Notes: generated by a model not told the origin, from the sequence alone. Shown: positions 1-12,144, numbered from the stretch's first letter. The stretch is DNA of 64,000 nucleotides from Macrostomum lignano (GCA_002269645.1 NIVC01003307.1:40780-104779), one strand, 5' to 3'. A program made the numbers and translations.

Positions 1-333
1 GCTTCCATTTAGTCTGCTTCCACCTGATCTGCTTCCATTTAGTCTGCTTCCACCTTGTCTGCTTCCACCTTGTCTGCTTCCATTTTGTCTGCTTGCACCT
101 TGTCTGCTTCCATTTAGTCTGCTTCCACCTTGTCTGCTTCCACCTTGTCTGCTTCCACCTTGTCTGCTTCCACCTTGTCTGCTTCCACCTTGTCTGCTTC
201 CACCTTGTCTGCTTCCACCTTGTCTGCTTCCACCTTGTCTGCTTCCACCTTGTCTGCTTCCACCTTGTCTGCTTCCACCTTGTCTGCTTCCACCTTGTCT
301 GCTTCCACCTTGTCTGCTTCCACCTTGTCTGTT
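1..333. repeat. 15-bp tandem repeat (GCTTCCACCTTGTCT)n, left part; intronic to the OXSM-like gene
   Basis: Exact 15-bp periodicity; the same unit resumes at 2671-2843 after an inserted element. Confidence 0.95.
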
Positions 334-1107
334 CCCTCTGGTAAATAAAACAGATAACACCACAAGATAATTTGCGAATCTTGTCAGATTCACTACCGAT
401 TTCCTTGTTTGAGGTGCGAAACTGGTGAAACCACCAGATTCGTCACCAGGTAATTTTAGTGTTATCTGATTTGTCTGTTATCTGGTGAGTTATCTGAATT
501 TCACCAGATAACATGGCCCGAATCTTGCTGAGTAATCAGATTACACGACAAGATTCGCCACCAGGTAATTTTTTGTTTTCTTGTTTGACTGTTATCTGGT
601 GAGTTATCTGAAATTCGCAGGATAACATGGCGCGAATCTTGTTTGAAAGACAGATAACAGTACAAGATTCGCCACCAGATAATTCTCTGTTATCTTGTTT
701 GATTGAATCTTGTTTGAATCGGAATTTCACAGGATAACATGGCGCGAATCTTGTTTGAAAATCAGATAACAGTACAAGATTTAAATCGAGATAACTGTGT
801 GTCATCTAGTCTGTAAGAAACCTGTGTGAATCTGAAATTTACCGGATAACATGATGCGAATCTGGTTTGCAAACCAGATAATGGAAAATATTTCAATCAA
901 GATGTGTTATCCGGTTTGTAAGACCCCGTTGTACTTTTCACCCAGAATTTTTTCCAGAATTTCGTGATCCAGACCCGATTTATTAATTGATTTCCAAGTG
1001 AAGGCCCGGATCAGCATTTTTGGCCCGGAATAGCCCCTTTTTCCGGAAATGTGATCCTGCAAAAGTTCGGGAAAAAGGAAAGCTGTTCCGGCTGCATTTT
1101 CCAAAAT

Positions 1108-1760
1108 GAAATCAATCCTCGCTTCTGTTGTGGCTCAAGGCAGCTTTTATAAGCTGACCTGCGATGGATAATCAATCCTCGCTTCTGTTGTGGCTCAAGG
1201 CAGCTTTTATAAGCTGACCTGCGATGGATAATCAATCTTCGCTTCTAGTGTGGCTCAAGGCAGCTTTTATAAGCTGACCTGCGATGGAAATCAATCCTCG
1301 CTTCTAGTGTGGCTCAAGGCAGCTTTTATAAGCTGACCTGCGATGGATAATCAATCCTCGCTTCTAGTGTGGCTCAAGGCAGCTTTTATAAGCTGACCTG
1401 CGATGGAAATCAATCCTCGCTTCTGTTGTGGCTCAAGGCAGCTTTTATAAGCTGACCTGCGATGGATAATCAATCCTCGCTTCTGTTGTGGCTCAAGGCA
1501 GCTTTTATAAGCTGACCTGCGATGGATAATCAATCCTCGCTTCTAGTGTGGCTCAAGGCAGCTTTTATAAGCTGACCTGCGATGGAAATCAATCCTCGCT
1601 TCTAGTGTGGCTCAAGGCAGCTTTTATAAGCTGACCTGCGATGGATAATCAATCCTCGCTTCTAGTGTGGCTCAAGGCAGCTTTTATAAGCTGACCTGCG
1701 ATGGATAATCAATCCTCGCTTCTGTTGTGGCTCAAGGCAGCTGATGAGCTGACCTGCGAG
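1108..1760. repeat. 59-60-bp tandem repeat, ~11 copies, inside the TIR element
   Basis: Unit AATCAATCCTCGCTTCTGTTGTGGCTCAAGGCAGCTTTTATAAGCTGACCTGCGATGGAT, with an internal CAGCTT-TTAT-AAGCTG palindrome. Confidence 0.95.
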
Positions 1761-1814
1761 GGGTAAAGTGCCATATATCAGCAAACGCTAGCGCTCGTAA
1801 TGTGAGGCCGTGCC

Positions 1815-2520
1815 ACAAACAAGATAACAAAAAGGATAACACGATGTTTCCCTGCAGGATTCGCATGAATTACCCGACTGTTACCTGGTCAACGAATCCT
1901 GTTTGCCAGACAGGATAACAAACAAGATAACAAAAAGGATAACACGATGTTTCCCTGCAGGATTCGCATGAATTACCCGACTGTTACCTGGTCAACGAAT
2001 CCTGTTTGCCAGACAGGATAACAAACAAGATAACAAAAAGGATAACACGATGTTTCCCTGCAGGATTCGCATGAATTACCCGACTGTTACCTTAGTCAGC
2101 GAATCCTGTTTGCCAGACAGGATAACAAACAAGATAACAAAAAGGATAACACGATGTTTCCCTGCAGGATTCGCATGAATTACCCGACTGTTACCTGGTC
2201 AACGAATCCTGTTTGCCAGACAGGATAACAAACAAGATAACAAAAAGGATAACACGATGTTTCCCTGCAGGATTCGCATGAATTACCCGACTGTTACCTG
2301 GTCAACGAATCCTGTTTGCCAGACAGGATAACAAACAAGATAACAAACAGGATAACACGGTGTTTCCCTGCAGGATTCGCATGAATTACCCGACTGTTAC
2401 CTGGTCAACGAATCCTGTTTGCCAGACAGGATAACAAACAAGATAACAAACAGGATAACACGGTGTTTCCCTGCAGGATTCGCATGAATTACCCGACTGT
2501 TATCTGGTCAGCAAATCCTT
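1815..2520. repeat. 103-bp tandem repeat, ~7 copies, inside the TIR element
   Basis: ACAAACAAGATAAC recurs at 1815, 1918, 2021 and onward. Confidence 0.95.
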
Positions 2521-2670
2521 TTTGAATCTTGTTTGAAACAAGGAAACGTAAGATTTCGTCACGCAAACAAGATTCATACAAGATAACATTTTGCATAACC
2601 GGAATAGGGCATGTTATCTTGTTTGAGCGAATGTTATCTTGTGGTGTTATCTGGTTTATTTACCAGAGGG

Positions 2671-2843
2671 TTTCCACCTGATCTGCTTCCATTTAGTCTG
2701 CTTCCACCTTGTCTGCTTCCACCTTGTCTGCTTCCACCTTGTCTGCTTCCACCTTGTCTGCTTCCACCTTGTCTGTTTCCACCTTGTCTGCTTCCACCTT
2801 GTCTGCTTCCACCTGATCTGCTTCCACCTTGTCTGCTTCCACC
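2671..2843. repeat. 15-bp tandem repeat, right part
   Basis: Same unit as 1-333; ends at a polypyrimidine tract and splice acceptor. Confidence 0.95.
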
Positions 2844-2855
2844 TTTTTTTTGCAG

Positions 2856-3283
2856 CAGCTTGGCAGCGGCCGCTCGCCCTCCAGGTTGGCCACGTGAACG
2901 CGCACGCCACTTCGACTCCGATTGGCGACTCCGCCGAATGGCTGGCCATCGAGTCGCTGCTGAGCGGCGTTGACGCCTCCGTCATCCAGCCAGGCTGCCT
3001 GGTGGCTTCGTGCAAAGGCGCCCTCGGCCACCTGATCGGAGCTGCCGGCGCTGTGGAGGCCGCGCTGACTGCGCTGTCCTGCCAGACTGGCCGCGTGCCG
3101 CCCACGGCTAATCTGGCGCGGCCCGACCTGCCGACAGCGTCGGAGTCGCTCCGTCTGGTGCCCGACGGTCCGCCGGCGGATTGGCCGACTAATCCAGCGG
3201 ACGGTCGGCGGGTTGCTCTGAGCAACAGCTTCGGGTTCGGTGGCGTCAACGCTTCGCTGTGTATTGCCAGTTACCTGCCCTGA
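2856..3283 (+). CDS. OXSM: Terminal coding exon of a beta-ketoacyl-ACP synthase (mitochondrial OXSM/FabF type); upstream exons lie outside the window
   Basis: Translates HVNAHATSTPIGD...SCKGALGHLIGAAGAVEA...VPPTANL...ALSNSFGFGGVNASL, the hallmark KAS II C-terminal motifs. Preceded by TTTTTTTTGCAG (alternative acceptor CTCCAG at 2884); stop TGA at 3281-3283. Confidence 0.85.
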
Positions 3284-3374
3284 TTGTGCATTTGACAATT
3301 GAACCGGATTTCCATTCGCTGATTTGCATTGCTTTTTGGCTCGGTTTTATAATGTGTATTAATCTGATTGCTCC

Positions 3375-4104
3375 TGTACAAGATGGGTTCCTTGTGTACA
3401 AGATGGGTTCCTTGTGTGCAAGATGGGTTCCTTGTGTACAAGATGGGTTCCTTGTGTACAAGATGGGTTCCTTGTGTACAAGATGGGTTCCTTGTGTGCA
3501 AGATGGGTTCCTTGTGTACAAGATGGGTTCCTTGTGTACAAGATGGGTTCCTTGTGTACAAGATGGGTTCCTTGTGTACAAGATGGGTTCCTTGTGTACA
3601 AGATGGGTTCCTTGTGTGCAAGATGGGTTCCTTGTGTACAAGATGGGTTCCTTGTGTGCAAGATGGGTTCCTTGTGTACAAGATGGGTTCCTTGTGTACA
3701 AGATGGATTCCTTGTGTACAAGATGGATTCCTTGTGTGCAAGATGGATTCCTTGTGTGCAAGATGGATTCCTTGTGTGCAAGATGGATTCCTTGTGTGCA
3801 AGATGGATTCCTTGTGTGCAAGATGGATTCCTTGTGTACAAGATGGGTTCCTTGTGTACAAGATGGGTTCCTTGTGTACAAGATGGATTCCTTGTGTACA
3901 AGATGGGTTCCTTGTGTACAAGATGGATTCCTTGTGTACAAGATGGATTCCTTGTGTACAAGATGGATTCCTTGTGTGCAAGATGGGTTCCTTGTGTACA
4001 AGATGGATTCCTTGTGTGCAAGATGGATTCCTTGTGTACAAGATGGATTCCTTGTGTACAAGATGGATTCCTTGTGTGCAAGATGGATTCCTTGTGTACA
4101 AGAT
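3375..4104. repeat. 20-bp tandem repeat (CAAGATGGGTTCCTTGTGTA)n, ~36 copies
   Basis: Direct 20-bp periodicity; it explains the many overlapping repetitive ORFs here. Confidence 0.95.
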
Positions 4105-5200
4105 GCGATCATGCAGTCGTACAAGATTGACTCCTTGTGTACAGGATTTGATTATGCTATTGTACAAGAGAAATTTCTTGTGTACACGATGCCATTTTGC
4201 CATTGTAAAAGATAAGATTAGTGCTCGTTTTGACGACCCTTCAGTTCAATGCGTTTTGTAAATCAATATAGATTCCGGTATGACAAAATTGACTTGAATT
4301 TTACAAGATTTGTGACAAACTGCAATATTGACTAAATTTATAGAGAACTACATCGATGTAAATTTGTACAAGCTTAATTACACACGCAGCTTGCAATGAA
4401 CGTACATTAATTTGGCTGGGAGTAAATCATTTTGCAACAGTTGTCTTCACAGTGCATGCGTGTAAATAAATATGTACGCATTGAAAGCTTCCCGTTCAAG
4501 CAGGCGCATCATCTCCTATTCCACGTGCTGGTATTCGATTCCATGTAATGCGGCCGGCTAGCTAATATCCCAGCCTGACATAATACACTGGCCGAGACAG
4601 CGAGAGAGAGACACGAGAATCTCGGATTCTCAAGTTTCCAGCGGGTTGGAACTAAAAGAGAAAAGAGAGAGAGAGAGAGCCGATGGAGGGGGGCCCAGAC
4701 TGACTGCCAGCCAGGCTCTTTTTCTTGCTTGACATTTGAGACGGCCTTTTTTCCTGTTCCAATGCGAGTTTATTCTCTTCCCCTACCGCCTCTTCCTCCT
4801 TCCCACCCCCCCCCCTATCGCCTTGCGCTCAGGAAGCCAGCTGTTGATCACAGGACTTTCCTGTGCGTCTGTGTGCGACGATTCATCTGCGGCCTTTATG
4901 CATATAGAATCTTGGCCTGATTATCGATGTCATTTAAATGAAAACTTGAATCTTTCTTTCTTTTTGCTCGACCTAGGGCTTGTTTTTTGTTAGTCAAGAT
5001 GGTGGAGACGTTAAATATCAGTCTATTATGTAAAGCCAGCTTGTGGATGCGAGCTGTGTACTCGTAGCTACCAACTGAATTAAAAGTTCGGAATTAAGAT
5101 AGCAATTACCTTCGCAGACATGTAAGATTGTTTTAAAAACATGCACTTGTACAATTATTTGCCAATCTGGAGTAAGATCGCAGGTTTTTTTCTATACTGG

Positions 5201-8200
5201 TCAATGTACACTAGCCAGTCCTTGGGGTGTTGGGCGGCTGGGGTAAGAGGTAATTGATTGGCTTCTGTGGCGTTTTAGAATTTTATATGCTTGCTAATGT
5301 ACATTGGCCACTAGCCTGTCCTTGGGGTGTTGGGCGGCTGGGGTAAGAGATAATTGATTGGCTTCTGCGGTGTTTTAGAATTTTATATGCTTGCTAATGT
5401 ACATTGGCCACTAGCCTGTCCTTGGGGTGTTGGGTGGCTGGAGTAAGAGATAATTGATTGGCTTCTGCGGTGTTTTAGAATTTTATATGCTTGCTAATGT
5501 ACATTGGCCACTAGCCAGTCCTTGGGGTGTTGGGCGGCTGGGGTAAGAGATAATTGATTGGCTTCTGCGGCGTTTTAGAATTTTATATGCTTGCTAATGT
5601 ACATTGGCCACTAGCCAGTCCTTGGGATGTTGGGCGGCTGGGGTAAGAGATAATTGATTGGCTTCTGCGGCGTTTTAGAATTTTATATGCTTGCTAATGT
5701 ACATTGGCCACTAGCCTGTCCTTGGGGTGTTGGGTGGCTGGGGTAAGAGATAATTGATTGGCTTCTGCTGTGTTTTAGAATTTTATATGCTTATGTACAT
5801 TTTATATGCTAATGTACATTGGCCACTAGCCTGTCCTTGGGGTGTTGGGCGGCTGGGGTAAGAGGTAATTGATTGGCTTCTGCAGCGTTTTAGAATTTTA
5901 TATGCTTGCTAATGTACATTGGCCACTAGCCTGTCCTTGGGGTGTTGGGCGGCTGGGATAAGAGATAATTGATTGGCTTCTGCGGCGTTTTAGAATTTTA
6001 TATGCTTGCTAATGTACATTGGCCACTAGCCAGTCCTTGGGGTGTTGGGCGGCTGGGGTAAGAGATAATTGATTGGCTTCTGCGGCGTTTTAGAATTTTA
6101 TATGCTTGCTAATGTACATTGGCCACTAGCCTGTCCTTGGGGTGTTGGGTGGCTGGGGTAAGAGATAATTGATTGGCTTCTGCGGTGTTTTAGAATTTTA
6201 TATGCTTATGTACATTTTATATGCTAATGTACATTGGCCACTAGCCTGTCCTTGGGGTGTTGGGCGGCTGGGGTAAGAGATAATTGATTGGCTTCTGCGG
6301 CGTTTTAGAATTTTATATGCTTGCTAATGTACATTGGCCACTAGCCTGTCCTTGGGGTGTTGGGCGGCTGGGGTAAGAGATACATACATACATACATGTA
6401 CACCGCCGCAAAAGAAAGCAAAAGGAAAAGGGGGCAGCACGGGACGGAAGAGCAAAAAAAAGGGGGAAAAGAAACGGAAATGTGAGAGCGTGGCGGCAGT
6501 GTCAGAGCACTCTCCTTCTGGCTTGCTCCCTGAAGGCAGCCGCAGCGTTGGTCTGGCCGATGACACCGGCGTCAGCCAGCAGGCAGTCCACGTACCGGCG
6601 CGTCCTGGCCTGCCTCGGCGCCAGGGGCCCCGCAGCGTGAGCAGCAGGACGTCCTGCACCGGTTCAGGGCAGTAGGTTTCGGCGCGGATCACGTGGCCCG
6701 CCAGCTGCAGCCGCCGCCGCCGGATGGTCTCGCTGGGTGGTCGCAGGCCGGCTCGTCGTAGAGGGCCGCGTTCGAGACCACCTCAGGGTAGGAGATGCCG
6801 AAGGCCGCGCGCAGCAGGCTGGAGTGGGCCGCGTCCAGCCGCTTCTCCAGCGTCTCGGTCAGCGTCCACGTCTCGGCGTTGTAAGTCAGGACGGTCTCGA
6901 CCACCGCCTGAAACAGCCGAGACCTCAGGCGATCTGGCAGCGCGGCGCTCTGCAGAACAACCCGGACTGAGCGGAAGGCCGCCCAAGCCAGGCCTCTGCG
7001 TCGCGCCAGGTCCTCCTGAACGCTGGGCACCAGACCGCCGAGGTACGTGAAGCGCGTGCAGCGGGGTAGAGGGGCCGCGTGACCGTCTGCGCCGCGGCAG
7101 GTGATATTGGCAGGCAGCTCCGCTGGCACCGTCAGGACCTCCGTCTTGTCGGTGTTAACAACCAGGCCGACCGTAGCCGCTATCGCCACCAGGCTGTCCA
7201 GCATCCGCTGGGCTCCATCCGCCGTGGAGGCCAGCAGCGCCAGGTCGTCGGCATAGCCCAGCAGCGACAGTCTCTTCTCTGGATGGCGGCTGCTCGTGCG
7301 CCTGCACAGCATGAAGCCGTCGGCGTCGGATGGAAGCGCAGTCCGCAGCACCCAGTCGTAAGAGATAATTGATTGGCTTCTGCGGTGTTTTAGAATTTTA
7401 TATGCTTGCTAATGTACATTGGCCACTAGCCTGTCCTTGGGGTGTTGGGCGGCTGGGGTAAGAGATAATTGATTGGCTTCTGCGGTGTTTTAGAATTTTA
7501 TATGCTTGCTAATGTACATTGGCCACTAGCCTGTCCTTGGGGTGTTGGGCGGCTGGGGTAAGAGGTAATTGATTGGCTTCTGCGGTGTTTTAGAATTTTA
7601 TATGCTTATGTACATTTTATATGCTAATGTACATTGGCCACTAGCCTGTCCTTGGGGTGTTGGGCGGCTGGGGTAAGAGATAATTGATTGGCTTCTGTGG
7701 CGTTTTAGAATTTTATATGCTTGCTAATGTACATTGGCCACTAGCCTGTCCTTGGGGTGTTGGGCGGCTGGGGTAAGAGGTAATTGATTGGCTTCTGCGG
7801 TGTTTTAGAATTTTATATGCTTGCTAATGTACATTGGCCACTAGCCTGTCCTTGGGGTGTTGGGCGGCTGGGGTAAGAGATAATTGATTGGCTTCTGCGG
7901 CGTTTTAGAATTTTATATGCTTGCTAATGTACATTGGCCACTAGCCTGTCCTTGGGGTGTTGGGCGGCTGGGGTAAGAGGTAATTGATTGGCTTCTGCGG
8001 CGTTTTAGAATTTTATATGCTTGCTAATGTACATTGGCCACTAGCCTGTCCTTGGGGTGTTGGGCGGCTGGGGTAAGAGATAATTGATTCGCTTCTGCGG
8101 TGTTTTAGAATTTTATATGCTTGCTAATGTACATTGGCCACTAGCCTGTCCTTGGGGTGTTGGGCGGCTGGGGTAAGAGGTAATTGATTGGCTTCTGCGG

Positions 8201-8410
8201 TGTTTTAGAATTTTATATGCTTGCTAATGTACATTGGCCACTAGCCTGTCCTTGGGTTGTTGGGCGGCTGGGGTAAGAGATAATTGATTGGCTTCTGCGG
8301 CGTTTTAGAATTTTATATGCTTGCTAATGTACATTGGCTACTAGCCTGTCCTTGGGGTGTTGGGCGGCTGGGGTAAGAGATAATTGGCTTCTGTGGGGTT
8401 TTAGAATTCT
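5201..8410. repeat. 100-bp tandem satellite, interrupted at 6383-7357 by a LINE fragment
   Basis: CTAGCCTGTCCTTGGGGTGTTGGGCGGCTGGGGTAAGAGATAATTG... recurs at 100-bp spacing (5311, 5411...) and resumes at 7358. Confidence 0.95.
6383..7357 (-). mobile_element. 5'-truncated RTE-like non-LTR retrotransposon with 10-bp TSD
   Basis: Minus strand encodes the RT C-terminal half (DWVLRTAL...GYADDLALL...NTDKTEVL...FTYLGG). (TGTA)n tail at 6383-6400; TSD GTAAGAGATA at 6373-6382 and 7358-7367; frameshift near 6700. Confidence 0.9.
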
Positions 8411-8992
8411 GTGCAAGTGTTATTGATGCAAAAAAAACAATTATAAATAGATTCTTCAGTAAAACTAATTTACGAACACAAAAATATTTCAATCGAGGAT
8501 TGTAAAATGAGTAGTGTTTTTGTATTCCACATTGTATTGATATTTAAAAATCTCATGTGGATTTTATACATTGTTCAGAATCGATGGAAAAATACTACAC
8601 AGGAAAATACAGATACTATATTATGTGTGGCATCAAAATGTTAGTTCTTGTGACCTAAGCTCAAATTATTGACAGAAAAGCTCGAGTGATTGAACACTGT
8701 ACAGTGTACACAGGACTACCTAAAAAGTGCAGACCGTCAAGCAGACACTATAAACAAACAGCAAAACAAAGACTTATATCGGACCAAAAAGTGCAATCAC
8801 GAGTTACACAGACGGACATGGGGAACGCTGCAGTGTGCTCAACAGTACAACAGAAAAAATTGCAGACAAAAAACGACCGAGAAAGCCGGAAAAGCCGCGA
8901 TAATCTGCAACTCCTATTGGGGCTCATTCAGGACGCAAAAAGGGTTTACGATCAGTTGTAGTTTTAGGGAGAATTGTGGCTTCTTATCGATC

Positions 8993-10957
8993 TCAAGCGG
9001 TCGGTGACACGGGTGTCGACAAAGGCGTAGCAGTTCCAGTCTGGCGCTGCTGCTCCTGCTGCTGTTGTGTTTGCTGTCGCGGAGCCTGTAGTTGCTGCGG
9101 CTGCTTCGGCCGGCTGCACTTGCGAATCCCGGCCTGCCGGACCGCGGCCTGGTGGTCCAGCCGGTATTTGTCACGAATGGACTGGATCTTGCCCGCTGGC
9201 AGGGCGCCGCCGCACCCGGCTGCCCCAGTTGGCTGCTCGTAGATCTGGCGGCGCCGGCGCATCAGGTAGTCTTCGGCTGGGGACGGACTCGCCGAGTTGT
9301 TGTTCATCGGACAGTCGCTGTTCAAGCCGTCCTCGTGCGCTGCCATCATCGATGCCGCTTCGCCGGTGCCAAGCTTTGGCATCGTCAAGTCCATTGCCTG
9401 CGACGGCGACGCGATGTCGGCGTTGTTGAACCGGACTACGGCAGGGGCGACAGCCGCCGCTGAGGCTGGCTGAGAGTCCAGGTCCAGGCAGTAGCGCCTG
9501 GTTGCTTCCGCCTGAGACGCAGCCGGCAGGCTGGTGGCACTGCATGATGTCGGAGTCGCTGCCGCCGATGTCGCTGCCGCCGATGTCGCTGCTCCCGATG
9601 TCTGCACTGCGTCGATCCCGGTCGTCTTGCCGCAGCTACCGGCCGGGTGCCAGCCGTGTTCGCTGAGGATCCGCAGAATCTCCGGCGCTTCCTTGAACAC
9701 CGGGATAGGAATCGGTACCGGGAACGGCACTGGGATCGGCGCCAGGCGTGGTACGAAAACGGCGCCATCGATTGAGCAGTTCATTGCCGACGAAGCTGGC
9801 GGTTGCGACTGCGTTGGAACTCGGGGTGGCGCGGGAGGCGGCGCCGGCGGCGGTGGAGGCGGGGGCAACAGCGGAGCTTGCGGCGGTGGCGGTTGCGGCT
9901 CCAAACCCGATGATGCCGAAGACGAGACCGCCGTCGCTGCAGCTGCCGCATTCGCCAATCGCTGTGACGCCAACAGGGCCGCTGCCGCGGTGGCCGTCGG
10001 ATCCGTCGGTAAGCACCCGTTCAGCGGGTACGGTGGCATCAAGTAACCGTCCAGCGGTGCGGGGCCGCCGCTCGCGCCGCCGCCACCTCCGCCAGAACCG
10101 GCTACCAGGGCGCTAAACCAGAGGTGGCGCAGCATCTCTGCCGACGGCGGGTGCGGCGGCGGGTGCGGCGTAGGCAGCATCTGCTGGTGGTGAAGCGCGT
10201 TGTGGTGATGATGCAGGGCCTGATGGTTGGCGTAGCCGTTCTGCTCCGGCTCGGAGTTTGAGTGAGCGGAGGCGGATCTGCGGCAGTTCCCGGAGACCGC
10301 GGCTGCTCCTCCAGTTCTGCGCGTCCGATTGACGGCTGTTGCGGCTGCCGCGCTAGCAGAGTTGGAGCCCGACAGCAGGCCGTGGAAGCGCAGCGCGACC
10401 ATCGGGCTGCCGCCAACGCCGCGCTCAGAGTCGTCTCCTGTTAGCGGCCTCGGCGGAGGCAGCGGCGGCAGTGGAGGCGGAGGCGGAGGCTGGCGCTGCT
10501 CCGTGGACGCCGCCGCCGCCGCTGCCGCCTCCGCCATCTCCTGCATGGCGATCTTCCGGACATTCTTCTTGAAGCAGCGGGCACAGTCGTCGCCGCAGAA
10601 AAGCAGCCGCTCATTTTCGGCATAGTCAACGCTCACCGTCTGCTGCCGGGTCTTCTTGCACCAGTCGCAGATGGTCTGGCTCTTGAACAGGGCGCGCCTA
10701 GAAGACAGGAAGCATTTCTCCGAGCAGAAGCGCTTCTGGCCGGAGTTTTCCGTCTCCACGGCGAACTGCAGGCTGCTGCGTCGCTGATGGCACCAGTGGC
10801 AGAACTTCACCGGAGCCTCCGGCTCAGTTCCCGAAGCTGGAGCTGGAGGCGGAGCGCCTCCGACTGAAGACGCGCCGTCGCTTCTTGACGGAGACACCTG
10901 CTGCTGCTCCGTCTCTGAGTTGCTGTTGCAGCTGCTGCTTTGCTTGAGAGCCTTCAT
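8993..10957 (-). CDS. SOBP: Sine oculis-binding protein (SOBP/Jxc1)-like FCS zinc-finger protein, 654 aa, single coding exon
   Basis: Two FCS fingers: CHWC...FCSEKCFLSSRRALFK and CDWCKKTR...FCGDDC, matching the SOBP FCSEKCFAACRRAYFK / CDWCKH pattern from memory. Proline-rich PVPFPVPIPIPV segment, AMDLT motif, open 1965-nt frame. Confidence 0.85.
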   Translation of the reverse strand: MKALKQSSSCNSNSETEQQQVSPSRSDGASSVGGAPPPAPASGTEPEAPVKFCHWCHQRRSSLQFAVETENSGQKRFCSEKCFLSSRRALFKSQTICDWCKKTRQQTVSVDYAENERLLFCGDDCARCFKKNVRKIAMQEMAEAAAAAAASTEQRQPPPPPPLPPLPPPRPLTGDDSERGVGGSPMVALRFHGLLSGSNSASAAAATAVNRTRRTGGAAAVSGNCRRSASAHSNSEPEQNGYANHQALHHHHNALHHQQMLPTPHPPPHPPSAEMLRHLWFSALVAGSGGGGGGASGGPAPLDGYLMPPYPLNGCLPTDPTATAAAALLASQRLANAAAAATAVSSSASSGLEPQPPPPQAPLLPPPPPPPAPPPAPPRVPTQSQPPASSAMNCSIDGAVFVPRLAPIPVPFPVPIPIPVFKEAPEILRILSEHGWHPAGSCGKTTGIDAVQTSGAATSAAATSAAATPTSCSATSLPAASQAEATRRYCLDLDSQPASAAAVAPAVVRFNNADIASPSQAMDLTMPKLGTGEAASMMAAHEDGLNSDCPMNNNSASPSPAEDYLMRRRRQIYEQPTGAAGCGGALPAGKIQSIRDKYRLDHQAAVRQAGIRKCSRPKQPQQLQAPRQQTQQQQEQQRQTGTATPLSTPVSPTA

Positions 10958-12140
10958 TGCAACCTTGGCGTGCTCGAAGGCTGTCTGGAGAAGTGAAATC
11001 GGGGGAGGTTGGCCGCGGTGAAGATTTGACTGTTGTCCGCTCCAGCCAGCCGCTTATTTATCTGGCTCGATCCTCCACCCGCCCCTCCTCCGAAAGTCGT
11101 GGATTCCAACTAACGGATGAGGATGAAAGTCCCGGGACTAATTTTTTATTGGCAATTGCTTTCGCCAGTTCCACCCCCTTACCGCCTTTGCCTTTGCCTG
11201 TGCTCTGGCGTCGCGGCAAGGCGCAAAAAGAGAGGCTGTTTAACGGATCGAATAACTTGCAGACGCGGAATCTTCAAAGCAGGTAGCTGGGCGAGTTCCC
11301 GACTTATAATCACTTTTGCTGGTCCATTTTTTTCAGATCTGGTTGGAAAAGCAGAGACGGCCGGTTGCTTTTTTGTAGAAGAAGATTTTCTGCAGTTATT
11401 CGAGCTCCGCTTAGCAATAATTGCGCACAGTTGGCGGTCCAGAGGAGACGGAAGATTTGGGATAAAAAAAAAACACACGCGCTACCTCCGAGGCAACGGA
11501 TGAGTGCGCAATCGCTTCGCGTAATTCAATATCCTTCTGCATCAGCCCCTAATTGGGCTGTGTCCACAGGCTCGCAAGCAGTTTTGCCAGCAATTTTGCC
11601 AATTTTCCCGGGGATAATTTGTGCAATTTCTTGCAACTACTAACTTTTTTCGCTAGTTCATTTCTCTTGGCTTTGCGCTATTCGAAAATCTCAGTTGAAA
11701 AAAGTTGCATAGAAGAAAATAGGAAGTTTATTCCCAGTGCCACGGGCTGGTCGGTCGCCGCTCCCTGACACGCAATACTCTGCTCCCCGCTCTCTCGGCC
11801 GGGTGAAAGCTGCCTTCGCCACTGCTGTCTGCACTGCTGCCTCCCCTACAGCCCGCCCGTCTCAGCTTTCTCCTCGCCGTATCGGGTTTCCCAGCCCCCG
11901 CCGGCCCTCCCCGAGTTCGCTGCGAACGGAACGGAGGTACCGGGGAGGGCGGCACCCCCCCCCCAGGAAACTGGAGAACCCAAGGAAAACAAAAGCGAGA
12001 GAAGAGGGGCTGAAGGGTGGAGGAGAAGTCCTATATAGTTGCTGTCAGAAGGGTGTTGAGGCAGAGGCGCCCCGTAATCTGAGAGATCCTTCAAAGACCG
12101 CACATGAGGTGTTACCTGACCCTGGCCTGCCTCTTCTCTT

Positions 12141-12144
<4 letters not shown>

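Larger units (their letters stand above)
334..2670. mobile_element. Non-autonomous DNA transposon with ~37-bp terminal inverted repeats (CCC...GGG ends), subterminal repeats and internal tandem arrays
   Basis: 334-370 CCCTCTGGTAAATAAAACAGATAACACCACAAGATAA is the reverse complement of 2634-2670 with 1 mismatch. The 15-bp satellite is interrupted exactly at these ends (GTT | element | TTTCC, an apparent TT duplication). GATAAC/GTTATC and ACAAGAT/AATCTTGT motifs recur in both orientations. No transposase ORF. Confidence 0.75.

Noticed and set aside
1741-1765. CTGATGAG hammerhead-ribozyme-like core (also CTGATGAAAC at 42169)
   Set aside because: At 1741 it is a variant of the 60-bp repeat unit with no matching stems or GAAA. 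At 42169 it is the reverse complement of the snoRNA D' box and guide.
1108-2520. CRISPR-like appearance of regular 20-103-bp arrays here and elsewhere
   Set aside because: Units are contiguous with no unique spacers, there are no cas genes, and the context is eukaryotic.
2856-3283. Bacterial fabF contamination or horizontal transfer
   Set aside because: The fragment begins at a spliceosomal acceptor within repeat-filled intron sequence and fits nuclear-encoded mitochondrial OXSM.
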